64,000 nt of DNA from the human T2T-CHM13v2.0 reference genome, Homo sapiens. The stretch's first letter is position 1, and the number at the start of each line of letters is the position of its first letter. The stretch is from NCBI RefSeq assembly GCF_009914755.1, contig NC_060946.1. The stretch is one strand, 5' to 3'. The notes under the pieces were generated by a model that searched no databases, was not told the DNA's origin, and saw only the letters and a list, made by a program, of their open reading frames with translations. Shown piece after piece: positions 43,801 through 57,430 of the stretch. The translations under genes and the position numbers were made by a program.

Positions 43801-46800
43801 TTTTATGTGAAGATATTTCCTTTTTCAGCATAGGCCTCAATGGGTTCCAAATGTCCTTTTCCAGGTACTACAAAAAGAGTGTTTCAAAACTGCTCTATGA
43901 AAGGGAATGTTCAACTCTGTGAGTTGAATGCAAACATCATGAAGAAGTTTCTGAGAATACTTCTGACTAGTTTTTATGTGAAGATATTCCCATTTCCAAT
44001 GAAAGCCTCAAAGCTGTCCAAATATTCCCTTGCAGATCCTACAAAGAGAGTGTTTCAAAACTACTCTAAAAAAAGAAATGTTCAACTCTGTGAGTTGAGT
44101 ACACATATCACAAAGAAGTTTCTTAGCATGTTTCTGTCCTGTTTTTATTTGTAGATCTTCCGGTTTCCCGTGAAGGCCTCAAAGCTGTCCAAATATCCAC
44201 TTGCAAATTCTACATAAAGAGGGTTTCCAATCTGCTCTATCAAAAGAAATGTTCAACACTGTGAGTTGAATGCACTCATCACAAAGTAGTTTCTGAGAAT
44301 GCTTCGGTCTAGTATTTATGTGAAGATGTTTCCTTTTTCTCCATAGGCCTCAAAGTGCTCCAAAAGTCCCCTTGCAGATACTACAAAAATAGTGTTTCAA
44401 AACTGCTCTATGAAAGGGAATGTTCAACTCTGTGAGTTGAATGCACACATCACAAAGAAGTTTCTGAGAATGCTTCTGTTTAGTTTTCTTGTGATGATAT
44501 TTTATTTTTCACCATAGGCTTCAAAGCACTCCAAAGTCCTCTTGCAGATACTACAAAAGGAGTGTTTCAAAACTGCCCTATGAAAAATAACGTTCAACTC
44601 TGTGAGTTGCATGCAAACATCACAAAGAAGTTTCTGATAATTCTCCTGTCTACTTTTTATGTGAAGATATTCGCGTTTCCCACGAAAGCCTCAAAGTTAT
44701 CCAAATATCCACTTGCAGATTCTACAAAAAGAGTGTTTCAAAACTCTCTATCAAAAGAAAGTTTCAACTCTGTGAGTTGAGTACACACATCACAAAGAAG
44801 TTTCTGAGAATTCTTCTGTCTATTTTTTATGGGAAGATACACCCGTTTCCAATGAAAGCGTCAAAGCTGTCCAAATATCCACTTGCAAATTCTACAAAAA
44901 GAGTGTTTCAAATCCGCTCTATCGAAAGTAAGTTTCAACTCTGTGAGATGAATGCACACATCACAAAGATGTTTCTGAGAATGCTTCTGTCCAGTTTTTA
45001 TGTGAAGATACCCCCGTTTCCCATGAAAGCGTCAAAGCTGTCCAAATATCCATTTGCAAATTCTACAAAAAGAGTGTTTCCAATCTGCTCTATTTAAAGA
45101 AAGTTTCAACACTGTGAGTTGAATGAACATATCCCAAAGAAGTTTCTAAGAATGTTTCTATCTAGTTTTTATGTGAAGATATTCCTGTTACCAACCAAAG
45201 CTTCAAAGCTGTCCAAATATCCACTTGTAAATGCTTCAAAAATAGTGATTCAAAACTATTCTAGCAAAGGAAAGATTCATCTCTGTGAGTTGAGTACACG
45301 CATCACAAAGAAGTTTCTGAAAATGCTTTTGTCTAGTTTTTATGTGAAGATATTTCCTTTTTCACCATAGGCCACCAAGCACTCCATATCTCCACTTGCA
45401 GATTCTACAAAAAGAGTGTTTCAAAACTGCTCTATGAAAAGGAATGTTCATCTCTGTGAGATGATTGAAAGCATCACAAAGAATTTTCTGAGAATGCTTC
45501 TGTCTGGTTTTTATGTGAAGATATTCCCGTGTCCAAGGAAAGCCTTAAAGGTGTCCTTATATCCACTTGTAAATTCTACAAGAAGAGTGTTTCCAAGCTG
45601 CTCTATCAAAAGAAAGGTTTAACTCTGTGAGTTGAGTACACACATTATAAAGAAGTTTCTGAGAATGCTTCTGTCTAGTTTCTATATGAAGATATTCCCG
45701 TTTCGAATGAAGGCCTCAAAGTGCTCCAAATGACAACTTACAGATTCTGAAAAAGAGTGTTTCAAAATTGCTGTATGAAAAGGAATGTTCAACTCTGTGA
45801 GTTGTGTGCACACATCACAAATAAGTTTCTGAGAATGCTTCTGACTAGTTTTTATGTGAAAATATTCTCGTTTCCAACGAAAGCCTCAAAGCTGTCCAAA
45901 TATTCCCTTGCAGATCCTATAAAGAGAGGGTTTCAAAACTGCTCTATGAAAAACAAATGTTCAACTCTGTGAGTTGAGGACACGCATCACAAAGATGTTT
46001 CCCAGAATGTTTCTGTCTTGTTTTTATGTGAAGGTATACCTGTTTCCTGTGAAGGCCTCTAAGCTGTCCAAATATCCACTTGCAAATTCTACAAAAAGAG
46101 TGTTTCCAATCTGCTCTATGAAAAGAAAGTTTCCACTGTGTGAGTTGAATGCACACATCTCAAAGAAGTTTCTGAGAATGCTTCTGTCTAGTTTTTATGT
46201 GAACATATTCCCGTTTCCAACGAAGGCCACAAAGCGCTCCAAATGTCCACATGCAGATTCCACAAACGAGTTTTTCAAAACTGCTGTATCAAAAGAAAGA
46301 TTCAACACGGTGAGTTGTGTACACACATCACAAATAAGTTTCTGACAATGCTTCTGTCTAGTTTTTCTGTTAAGATATTTCCTTTTTCATCACAGGCCAC
46401 AAAGCACACCAAATATCCACTTGCAGATCCTGCAAAGAGAGTGTTTCAAAACTCTGCTAACAAAAGAAGGGTTCAACTCTGTGAGTTGAGTGAACACATC
46501 ACAAATATGTTTCTGAGAATGATTCTGTCTAGTTTTTATATGAAGATGCTCCCGTTTCCAATGAAATCTTCAAAGCTATCCAAATATCCACTTGCAGATT
46601 CTACAAAAAGAGTGTTTCAAAATTGCTCTATGAATAGAAATGTTCAACACTGTGCATTGAACGCAGACATCACAAGGAAGTTTCTGAGAATGCTTCTGTC
46701 TAGTTTTTATATGAAGATATTCCCGTTTCCAACGAAAGCCTCAAAGGTGTCCTAATATCCACTTTTAAATTTTACAAGAAGAGTGTTTCAAAAGTGCTCT

Positions 46801-49800
46801 TTCAAAAGAAAGTTTTACCTCTGTGAGTTGAGTACACACATCACTAAGAAGTTTCTGAGAATGCTTCTGTCGACTTTTTATGTGAAGGTATTACCTTTTT
46901 CACCATAGGCCTCAAAGCGCTCAATATATCCAATTCCAGATACTACAATAAGAGTGTTTCAAAACTGCTCTATGAAAGGGAATGTTCACCTCTGTGGGTT
47001 GAATGCAAACATCACCAAGAAGTTTCTGAGAATGTTTCTGTCTAGTTTTTATGTGAAGATATTCCCGTTTCCAACGAAGGCCACAAAGCACTCCAAATGT
47101 CCACGTGCAGATTAAACAAAAAGGGTGTTTCAAAACTGCTGTATCAAAAGAAAGGTTCCACTCTGTGAGTTGTCTGCACACATCACAGATAAGTTTCTGA
47201 CAATACTTCTGTCGAGTTTTTATATTAAGATATTTCCTTTTTCACCATAGGCCTCAAAGCACACCGAATGTCCACTTGCAGATCCTACAAAGAGAGTGTT
47301 TCAAAACTCCTCTAACAAAAGAAAGGTTTAACTCTGTCAGTTCAATGCACACATCACAAAGGTATGTCTGATAATGATTCTGTCTAGTTTCTATGTGAAG
47401 ATATTCCTCTTTCGAAAGAAGGCCTCAAAATGCTCCAAATGACCACTTGGAGATTCTACAAAAAGAGTGTTTCAAAACTCCTCTATGAAAAGAAGTGATC
47501 AAATCTGTGGGTTTAATGCAAACATCACAAAGAAGTTTTGGAGAATGCTTCTGTCTAGTTTTTATGTGAAGATATTTCCTTTTTCACCATAGGTCTCAAA
47601 GCGCTCCAAATGTCCACTTCCAGATATTACAAAAAGAGTGTTTCAAAACTGCCCTATGTAAAGGAATGTTCAACTCCGTGAGTTGAATGCAAACATTACA
47701 AAGAAGTTTCTGAAAATGCTTCTGCCTAGTTTTCATGTTAAGATATTTCCTTTTTCAACATAAGCCTCAAAGCACAACAAATGTCCACCTGCAGATTCTA
47801 CAAAGACAGTGTTTCAAAGCTGCTCTACCAAAAGAAGGTTTCAACTCTGTGAGTTGAATGCACACATCACAAGGTTGTTTCTGACAATGCTTCTGTCTAG
47901 TTTTTATGTGAAGATATTCCCGATTCGAAAGAAGGCCTCAAAGTGCTACAATTGACCACTCGCAGATTCTACAAAAATTGTGTTTCAAATCTGCTCTATG
48001 AAAAGGAATGTTCAACTCTGTGAGTTGAATGGAAACATCACAAAAATTTTCTGAGAATTCGTCTGTTTAGTTTTTATATGAAGATATTTCCTTTTTCACC
48101 ATAGGCCTCAAAGCGCTCCAAGAGTCCACTTACAGACTCTACAAAAAGAGAGTTTCAAAACTGTTCTATGAAAAGTAATGTTCAACTCTGTGAGTTGAAT
48201 GCAAGCATCACAAAGTAGTTTCTGAGAATGCTTCTGTCTAGTTTTTATGTGAAGATATTCCCATTTCCAGCGAAGGCCTCAAAGCTGTCCAAATATCCAC
48301 TTGCAAATTCTATAAAAAGAGTGTTTCAAATCTACTCTGTCAAAGGAAAGTTTCAACTCTGTGAGTTGAATGCACACATCACAAAGAAGTTTCTGAGAAT
48401 TCTTCTCTCTGGTTTTTATGTGAAGATATTCCCGTTTCTAATGAAAGCCTCAAAGCTGACTTAATATCCACTTGTAAATTCTACAAAAAGTGTGTTTCAG
48501 AACAGCTCTATCAAAAGAAAGCTTTTACTCTGTGAGTTGAGTACACACATAACAAAGTAGTTTCTGAGAATGCCTCTGGCTACTTTTTACTTGTAGATAT
48601 TTCTTTTTTCACCATAGGCCTCAAATCGTTACAAACGTCCACTTGCAGATTCTACAAAAAGAGTGTTTCAAAACTGCTCTATGAAAAGGAAGGGTCAACT
48701 CTGTGAGTTGGATGCAAACATCACAAAGAAGTTTCTGAGAATGCTTCTGCCTAGTTTTTATGTGAAAATATTCCCGTTTCCAATGAGAGCCTCAAATCTC
48801 TCCAAATATCGACTTGCAGATCGTACAAAGAGAGTGTTTCAAAACTTCTCTTTCAAAAGAAATGCTCAACTCTGTGAGTTGAGGACACACATCACAAAGA
48901 AGTTTCTTAGAATGCTTCTATCTTGTTTTTATGTGAAGATATTCTCGTTTCCTGCGAAGGCCTCAAATTTGTCCAAATACCCACTTGTAAATACTACAAA
49001 AAGAGTGTTTCCAATCTGCTCTATCAAAAGAAAAGTTTAACTCTGTGAGTTGACTGCACACATCTCAAAGAAGTTTCTGAGAATGCTTCTGTCTAGTTTT
49101 CCTATGAAGACATTTCCTTTTTCACTGTAGGTCTCATAGCACAACAAATGTCCACTTGCAGATTCTACAAAGAGAGTGTTTCAAAATTGCTCTATCAAAA
49201 GAAAGGTTCAACTCTCTGACTTCATTACAGATATCACAAAGAAGTTTCTGAGAATGCTTCTGTCTAGTTTTCATGTGAAGATATTTCCTTTTTCGCCATA
49301 GGCCTCAAAGCCCCCCAAATATCCACTTCCAGATACTACAAAAGAGTGTTTCAAAACTGCTCTATGAAGAGGAGTGTTCAACTCTGTGAGTTGAATGCAA
49401 GCATCACAAAAAGTTTCTGAGAATGCTTCTGTCTAGTTTTTTTGTTAAGATATTTCTGTTTCACCATAGACCTCAAAGCACACCCAATGTCAACTTGCAG
49501 ATTCTACAAAGAGAGTGTTTCAAAACTGCTCTATCAAAAGACGGTTTCTACTCTGTGAGTTGAATGCACACATCAGAAAGATGTTTCTGATAATGATTCT
49601 GTCTAATGTTTATGTGATGATATTTTCTTTTTCACCTTAGGCCTCAAAGCGCTCCAAATGTCCCCTTCCAGATACTACAAAAACAGTGTTTCAAAACTGC
49701 TCTATCAAAAGAAAAGATCAACTCTGTGAGTTGAGTGCACACATCACAAAGAAGTTTCTGAGAATGCTTCTGTCTAGTTTTTATGTGAAGATAGTTCCGT

Positions 49801-52800
49801 TTCCAAAGAAAGCGTCAATGCTGTCCAAATATCCAATTGCAAATACTACAAAAAGTGTTTCCAATCTGCTCTATTAAAAGAAAGTGTCAACACCGTGATT
49901 TGAATGCACACTTCACAGAGAAGTTTCTGAGAATTCTTCTGTCTAGTTTTTAAGTGAAGATATTCCCGTTTCCAAAGAAAGCCTCAAAGCTGTCCAAGTA
50001 TCCACTTGGAAATGCTTCAAAAGGAGTGATTCAAAACTGCTGTAGCAAAAGAAAGATTCATCTGTGAGTTGAGTACACACTTCACAAAGAAGTTTCTGAG
50101 AATGCTTTTGTCTCATTTTTATGTGAAGATATTTCCTTTTTCACTATAGGCCACCAAGCGCTCCAAATGTCCACTTGCAGATTCCAGAAAGAGTGTTTCA
50201 AAACTGCTCTATGAAAAGGAATGTTCAACTCTGTGAGTTGAATGCAAACATCACAAAGAAGTTTCTGAGAATATTTCTGTCTGGTTTTTATATGAAGATA
50301 TTCCCGTTTCCAAGGAAAGCCTCAAAGGTGTCCTAATATCCACTTGTAAATTCTACAAGAAGAGTGTTTCAAAACTGCTCTATCAAAGGAAAGATTTAAA
50401 TCTGTGAGTTGAGTACACATATCACAAAGAAGTTTCTGAGAATGCTTCTGTCTAGTTTTTATGTGAAGATATTTCCTTTTTCACCATTGGCCTCAAAGCG
50501 CTCCAAACGTCCACTTCCAGATTCTACAAAAAGAGTGTTTCAAAACTGCTCTATGAAAGAGAAAGTTCAACTCTGTGAGTTGAATGCAAACATCACAAAG
50601 AAGTTTCTAAGAATGCTTCTCTCTAGTTTTTATGTGAAGATATTTCCGTTTCCAACATAGGCCACAAAGCACTCCAAATGTGCGCTTGCAGATTCCACAA
50701 AAAGAGTGTTTCAAAATTTCTCTCTCAAAAGAAAGGTTCAACTATGTGAGCTGAGTGCACACATCACAAATAAGTTTCAGAGAATGCTTCTGTCTAGTTT
50801 TTATGTTAAGATATTTCCGTTTTCACCACAAGCCTCAAAGCATACCAGATGTCCACTTGCAGATTCTACAAAGAGAGTGTTTCAAAACTGCTCTATCAAA
50901 AGAAGGGTTCAATTCTGTGAGTTGAATGCACAAATCACAAAGATGTTGCTGATAATAATTCTGTCCAGTTTTTAAGTGAAGATATTCCCGTTTGAAACGA
51001 AGGCCTCAAAGTGCTCCAAAGACCACTTGTAGATTCTGCAAAAAGAGTGTTTCAAAACTGCTCTATGACAAGGAATGTTCAACTCTGTGAGTTGAATGCA
51101 AATATCACAGTGAAGTTTCTGAGAATGCTTCTCTTTAGTTTTTATGTGAAGATATTCCCGTTTCCAACGAAGGCCACAAAGCGCTCCTAATGTCCACGTG
51201 CAGATTGCACAAAAAGAGTGTTTCGAAACTGCTCTATCAAAAGATAGGTTCAACTCTGTGAGTGGAGTGCACACATCACAAATAAGATTCTGAGAATGCT
51301 TCTGTCAAGTTTTTATGTTAAGATATTTCCTTTTTCATCATAGGCCTCATGCACACCAAATGTCCACTTGCACATACTACAAAGAGAGTGTTTCAAACTG
51401 CTCTATCAAAAGAAGGGTTCAAATCTGTGAGTTTAATGCACACATCACAAAGATGTTTCTGAAAATGCTTCGGTCTAGTTTTTCTGTGAAGATATTCCCT
51501 TTTCGAAGGAAGGCATCAAAGCGCTCCAAATGACCACTTGCAGATCCTACAAAAAGAGTGTTTCAAAACTCCTCTATGAAAAGGAATGTTCAACTCTGTG
51601 AGTTGGCTGCACACATCACAAAGTAGTTTCTGAGAATGCTTCTGTCTGGTTTTTATGTGAAGACATTTCCTTTTCCACCATAGGCCTCAAAGCGCTCCAA
51701 ATGTCCAAGTGCAGATTCTACAAAAAGAATGTTTCAAAACTGCTCTATGAAAAGAAATGTTCAACTCTGTGAGTTGAATGCAAAAATCAAAAAGTAGTTT
51801 ACTAGAACGCTTCTGCCTAGTTTTTATGTGAAGATACACCCGTTTACAAAGAAGGCCTCAAAGCAGTCCAAATATCCACTTGCAAATTCTACAAAAAGAG
51901 TGTTTCAAAACTGCTCTTTCAAAAGAAAGGTTCAACTCTGTTAGTTGAGTGCGCACATCACAAAAAAGTTTCTGAGAATGCTTCTGTCTAGTTTTTATGG
52001 GAAGATATTCCATTTCCAGCGAAAGCCTCAAAGCTGTCCAAATAGCCATTAGCAGAATCTACAAAGAGAGTGTTTCAAAACTGCTCTATCAAAAGAAAGG
52101 TTTAACTCTGTGAGTTGAGTACACACATCACAAAGTTGTTTCTGAGTATGCTTCTATCTGGTTTTTATGTGAAGTTATTTCTTTTTCCACCATAGGCTTC
52201 AAAGCGCTCCAAATGTCCACTTGCAGGATCTACAAAAAGAGTGTTTCAAAACTGCTCTATGAAAGGGAATGTTTAACTTTGTGAGTTGAATGCAAACATC
52301 AAAAAGAACTTTCCTAGAATGCTTCTGTCTAGTTTTTATAAGAAAATAGTCCCTTTTCCAGTGATGGCTTCAAAACTGTCCAAATATCCAGTTGCAGATT
52401 CTACAAAGAGAGTGTTTCAAAACTGCTCTATCAAAAGAAGTGTTCAAATCTGTGAGTTGAGTATGCACATCACAAATTAGTTTCTGAGAATATTTCTGTC
52501 TAGTTTTTATATGAAGATACTCCCGTTCCCAGCGAAGGCCTTAAAGCTGTCCAAATATCCACTTGCAAATTCTGCAAAAAGAGTGTTTCCAATCTGCTAT
52601 ATCAAAAGAAAGTTTCAACACTGTGAATTGAATGCACACATCACAAGGGAGTGTCTGAGAATGCTTCTGTCTAGTTTTTTGTGAAGATATTCCCGTTTCC
52701 AACGAAAGCCTCATAGCTGTAAAATATCCACTTGTAAATGCTTCAAAAAGAGTGATTCAAATCTGCTCTATTAAAAGATAGGTTCACTTCTGTGAGTTGA

Positions 52801-55800
52801 GTACACACATCACAAAGAAGTTTCTGAGAATGCTTCTGTCTAGTTTTTATGTGAAGATATTTCCTTTTTCACCATAGTCCTCAAAGCGCTTCAAATGTCC
52901 ATTGCAGATTCTACAAAAAGAGTGTTTCAAAACTGCTCTATGAAAAGGAATGTTCAACTCTGTGAGTTGAATGCAAACATCGCAAAGAAGTTTCTGAGAA
53001 TGCTTCTGTCTAGTTTTTATGTGAAGATATTTCCGTTTCCAACGAAAGTCTCAAAGCTGTCCAAATATCCACTTGTAAATGTGTAAAAAGAGTGTTTCAA
53101 AACTGCTCTAGCAAAGGAAAAGTTCATCTCTGTGTGTTTAGTAAACACATCAAAGAGAATTTCCTGAGAATGCTTCTGTCTAGTTTTTATGGGAAGATAT
53201 TCCCGTTTCCAACCAAAGTCTCAAAGCTATCCAAATATCCCCTTGTAAATGCTGCAAAAAGAGTGTTTCAAAACTGCTCTAGAAAAAGAAAGGTTCATCT
53301 CTGTGAGTTGAATACATGCATTACCAAGAAGTTTGTGAGAATGCCTCTGTCTAGTTTTTATGTGAAGATATTTCCTTTTTCACCATAGGCCTCAATGCAC
53401 TCCGAATGTCCACTTGCAGATTCTACAAAAAGAGTCTTTCAAAACTGCTCTATGAAAAGGAATGTTCAACTCTGACTTAAATGCAAACATCACAAAGAGG
53501 TCTCTGAGAATGCTTCTGTCTAGTTTTTATGTGAATATATTCCCGTTTCCAACGAAGGCCACAAAGCGCTCCAAATGTCCACATACAGATTCTACAAAAG
53601 GAGTGTTTAAATACGCTCTGTCAAAAGAAAGGTTCAATTCTGTGTGTTGAGTGAACACATCACAAAGAAGTTTCTGAGCCTGCTTCTATCTAGTTTTTAT
53701 GTGAAGATATGCCCTTTACGAACGAAGGCATCAAAGCGCTTCAAATGTCCACTTGCAGATACTAAAAAGGAGTGTTTCAAAACTACTCTCTGAAAAGGAG
53801 TGTTCAACTCTGTGAGTTGAATGTAATCATCACAGAGAAGTTTCTGAGAATGCCACTGTCTAGTGTTTTGTGAACATATTCCCGTTTCCAACAAGACCCT
53901 CAAAGCTCCCAAATATTCACTTGCAGATTCTACAAAAAGAGTGCTTCAAAACTGCTCTGTCAAAAGAAAGGTTTAACTCTGTGAGTTGAGTGCACACATC
54001 ACAAAGAAGTTTATGAGAATTCTTCTGTCTAGTTTTTATCTTAAGATATTTCGTTTTTCACCATATACCTCAAGCACCCCAAATGTCCACTTGCACATTC
54101 TACAAAGAGAGTGTTTCAAAACTGCTCTATGAAAAGGAATGTTCAACTCTGTGAGTTGAATGCAAGCATGACAAAAAAGTTTCTGAGAATGCCTCTGTCT
54201 AGTTTTTATTTGAATATAATACTGTTTCCAACGAAAGGCTCAAAGCTTTCCAAACATCCAGTTGGAGATACTACAAAAAGAGTGTTTGAAACCTGCTCTA
54301 TGAAAAGGAATGTTCAACTCTGTGAATTATATGCACACATAGCAAAGAAGTTTCTGAGAATCCTTCTGTCTAATATTTATGTGAATATATTCCCGTTTCC
54401 AACGAAGGCCACAAAGCGCTCTAAATGTCCACTTGCAGATTGTACTGAAAGAGTGTTTAAAAACGCTCTGTCAAATAAAGCTTCAACTCTGTGTGTTGAC
54501 TGCACACATCACAAAGAAGTTTCTGAGAATGCTTCTGTCTAGTTTTTATGCTAAGATATTTCCTTTTTCACCATAGTCCTCAAAGCACACAAAATGTCAA
54601 CTTGCAGATTCTACAAAGAGAGTGTTTCAAAACTGCTCTATCAAAAGAAGGGTACAACTCTGTGAGTTGAATGCACACATCACAAAGAAGTTTCTGAGAA
54701 TGCTTCTGTCTAGTTTTTATGTGAAGATATGCCCGTTTTGAATGAAGTCTTCAACAAGCTCCAAATGTCCACTTCCAGATCCTACAAAAAGAGTGTTTCA
54801 AAACTGCTCTATGAAAAGGAATGTTCAACTCTACATGAGTTGAATGCAAACATCACATAGAAGTTTCTGAGAATGCTTCTGTCTAGTTTTTATGTGAACA
54901 TATTCCCATTTCCAATGAAGGCCACAAAGTGCTCCAAATGTCCACTTGCAGATATTACAAAAAGAGTGTTTCAAAACTGCTCTATGAAAAGGTATGTTCA
55001 ACTCTATGAGTTGAATGCAAACATCACATAGAAGTTTCTGAGAATGCTTCTGTCTAGTTTTTATGTGAAGATATTACCGTTTCCAATGAAGGCCACAAAG
55101 CTCTCCAAATGTCCACTTGCAGGTTCTACAAAAAGAGTGTTTCAAACTGCTCTATGAAAAGGACTGTTCAACTCTGTGAGTTGAATGCACACATCACAAA
55201 GAAATTCCTGAGAATGCTTCTGTCTAGTTTTTATGTGAAGATATTTCCTTTTTCACCATAGGCCTCAAAGCACTCCAGATGTCCACTTGCAGATACAATA
55301 AAAAGAGTGTTTGAAATCTCCTCTATGAAAAGGAATGTTCAACAATGTTAGTTGAATGCAGTCATCACAAAGAAGTTTCTGAGAATGATTCTCTCTAGTT
55401 TTTATGTGAAGATATTCCCGTTTCCAACGAAAGCCTGAAATGTATCCAAATATCCATTTGCAGATTCTACAAAGAGAGTGTTTCAAAACTGCTCTATTAA
55501 AAGAAAGGTTCAACTCTGTGAGCTGAGTACACACATCACAAGGAAGTTTCTGAGAGTGATTCTGTCTAGTTTTTATGTGAAGATATTTCCTTTTCCACCA
55601 TAGGCCTCAAAGTGCTCCAAATGTCCACTTGCAGATTCTACAAAAAGAGTGTTTCAAAACTGCTCTCTGAAAAGTAACATTCAACTCTGTGAGTTGAATG
55701 CAAATATCAAAAAGATGTTTCCTAGAGTGCTTCTATCTAGTTTTTCTGTGAAGATATTCCCGTTTCCAAAGATAGCTTCAAAGCTGTCCTAATATCTGCT

Positions 55801-57430
55801 TGTAAATTCTACAAGAATAGATTTTGAAAACTGCTCTATCAAAAGAAAGGTTTAACTCTCTGAGTTGAGTACACACATCACAAAAAAGTTTCTGAGAATG
55901 CTTCTGTCTAGTGTTTATGTTAAGATATTGCGTGTTTCACCATAGGCCTCAAAGCACAACAAATGTCCACTTTCAGAGGCTACAAAGACAGTGCTCAAAA
56001 CTGCTCTCTCAAAAGCAGGGTTCAACTCTGTGAGCTGAATGCGCACATCATAAAGAAGTTTCTGAGAATGCTTCTGTCTAGTTATTATATGAAGATATTC
56101 CCCTTTCCAACGAAGGCCTCAAAGTGCTCCAAATGTCCACTTGCAGATTCTACAAAAAGACTGTTTCAAAACTGTCCTATGGAAAGGACGGTTCAACTCT
56201 GTGAGTTGAATGCACACATCACAAAGAAGTTTATACGAATGCTTCTGTCTAGTTTTTATATGAAGATATTTCCTTTTTCACCATAGGCCTCAAAGAGCTC
56301 CAAATGTCCACTGGCAGATACTACAAAAAGAGTGTTTCAAAACTGCTCTATGAAAAGGAATGTTCAACTCTGTGAGTTGAATGCAAACATTACAAAGAAG
56401 TTTCTGAGAATGCTTCTGTCTTGTTTTTATATAAAGATACTGCCGTTTCCAGCGAAGGCCTCAAAGCTGTCCAAATATCCACTTGCGAATCCCACAAAAA
56501 CAGTGTTTCCAATCTGCTCTATAAAAAGAAAGCTTCAACACAGCGAGTTGAATGCACACTTCACAAAGAAGTTTCGGAGAATGCATCTGTCTAGTTTCTA
56601 TGTGAAGATATTCGCGTTTCCAATGAAAGCATCAAAGCTTCCCAAATATCCATTTGTAAATTCTCCAAGAAGAGTGTTTCAAAACTGCTCTATCAAAAGA
56701 AAGGTTTAACTCTGTGAGCTGAGTACACACATCACAAAGAAGTTTCTGACAATGCTTCTGTCTAGTTTTTATTTGAAGATATTTCCTTTTTCACCTTAGG
56801 ACCCCAAGCACTCCAAATGTCCAATTGCAATTTCTACAAAAAGAGTGTTTCAAACCTGCTCTATGAAAAGGAATGTTCAACTCTGTGAATTGAATGCAAA
56901 CATCACAAAGAATTTTCTGAGAATGCTTCTGTCTAATTATTATCTGAAGATATTCCCGTTTTGAACGAAGGCCTCAATGTGCTCCAAATGTCCACTTGCA
57001 GATTCTACAAAAAGAGTGTTTCAAAACTGCCCTATGGAAAGGAAGATTCAACTCTGTGAGTTGAATGCACACATCACAAAGCAGTTTCTGCGAATGCTTC
57101 TGTCTACTTTTTATGTGAAGATATTTCCTTTTTCACCATAGGCCTCAAAGAACTCCAAATGTCCACTTGCAGATACTACAAAAAGATTGTTTCAAGACTT
57201 CTCTATCAAAAGATATGTTCAACTCTATGAGTTGAATGCAAACATCACAAAGCAGTTTCTGAGAATGCTTCTGTCTAGTTTTTATATAAAGATACTCCCG
57301 CTTCCAAAGAAGGCCTCAAATCCGTCCAAATATCCCCTTGCAAATTCTACAAAAAGAGTGTTTCAAAACTGCTCTATGAAAACAAATGTTCAACTCTGTG
57401 AGTTGAGAGCAAACATCACAAAGAACTTTC
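40801..57430 (-). repeat. Monomeric SF5-like (R1/R2) alpha satellite with irregular A/B order
   Basis: Motifs switch to ctctgtgagttga, tttttatgtgaag and gaaggcctcaaag/gaaagcctcaaag. Runs of AA and BB monomers occur and most CENP-B boxes are degenerate. The family label is by recognition. Confidence 0.75.
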
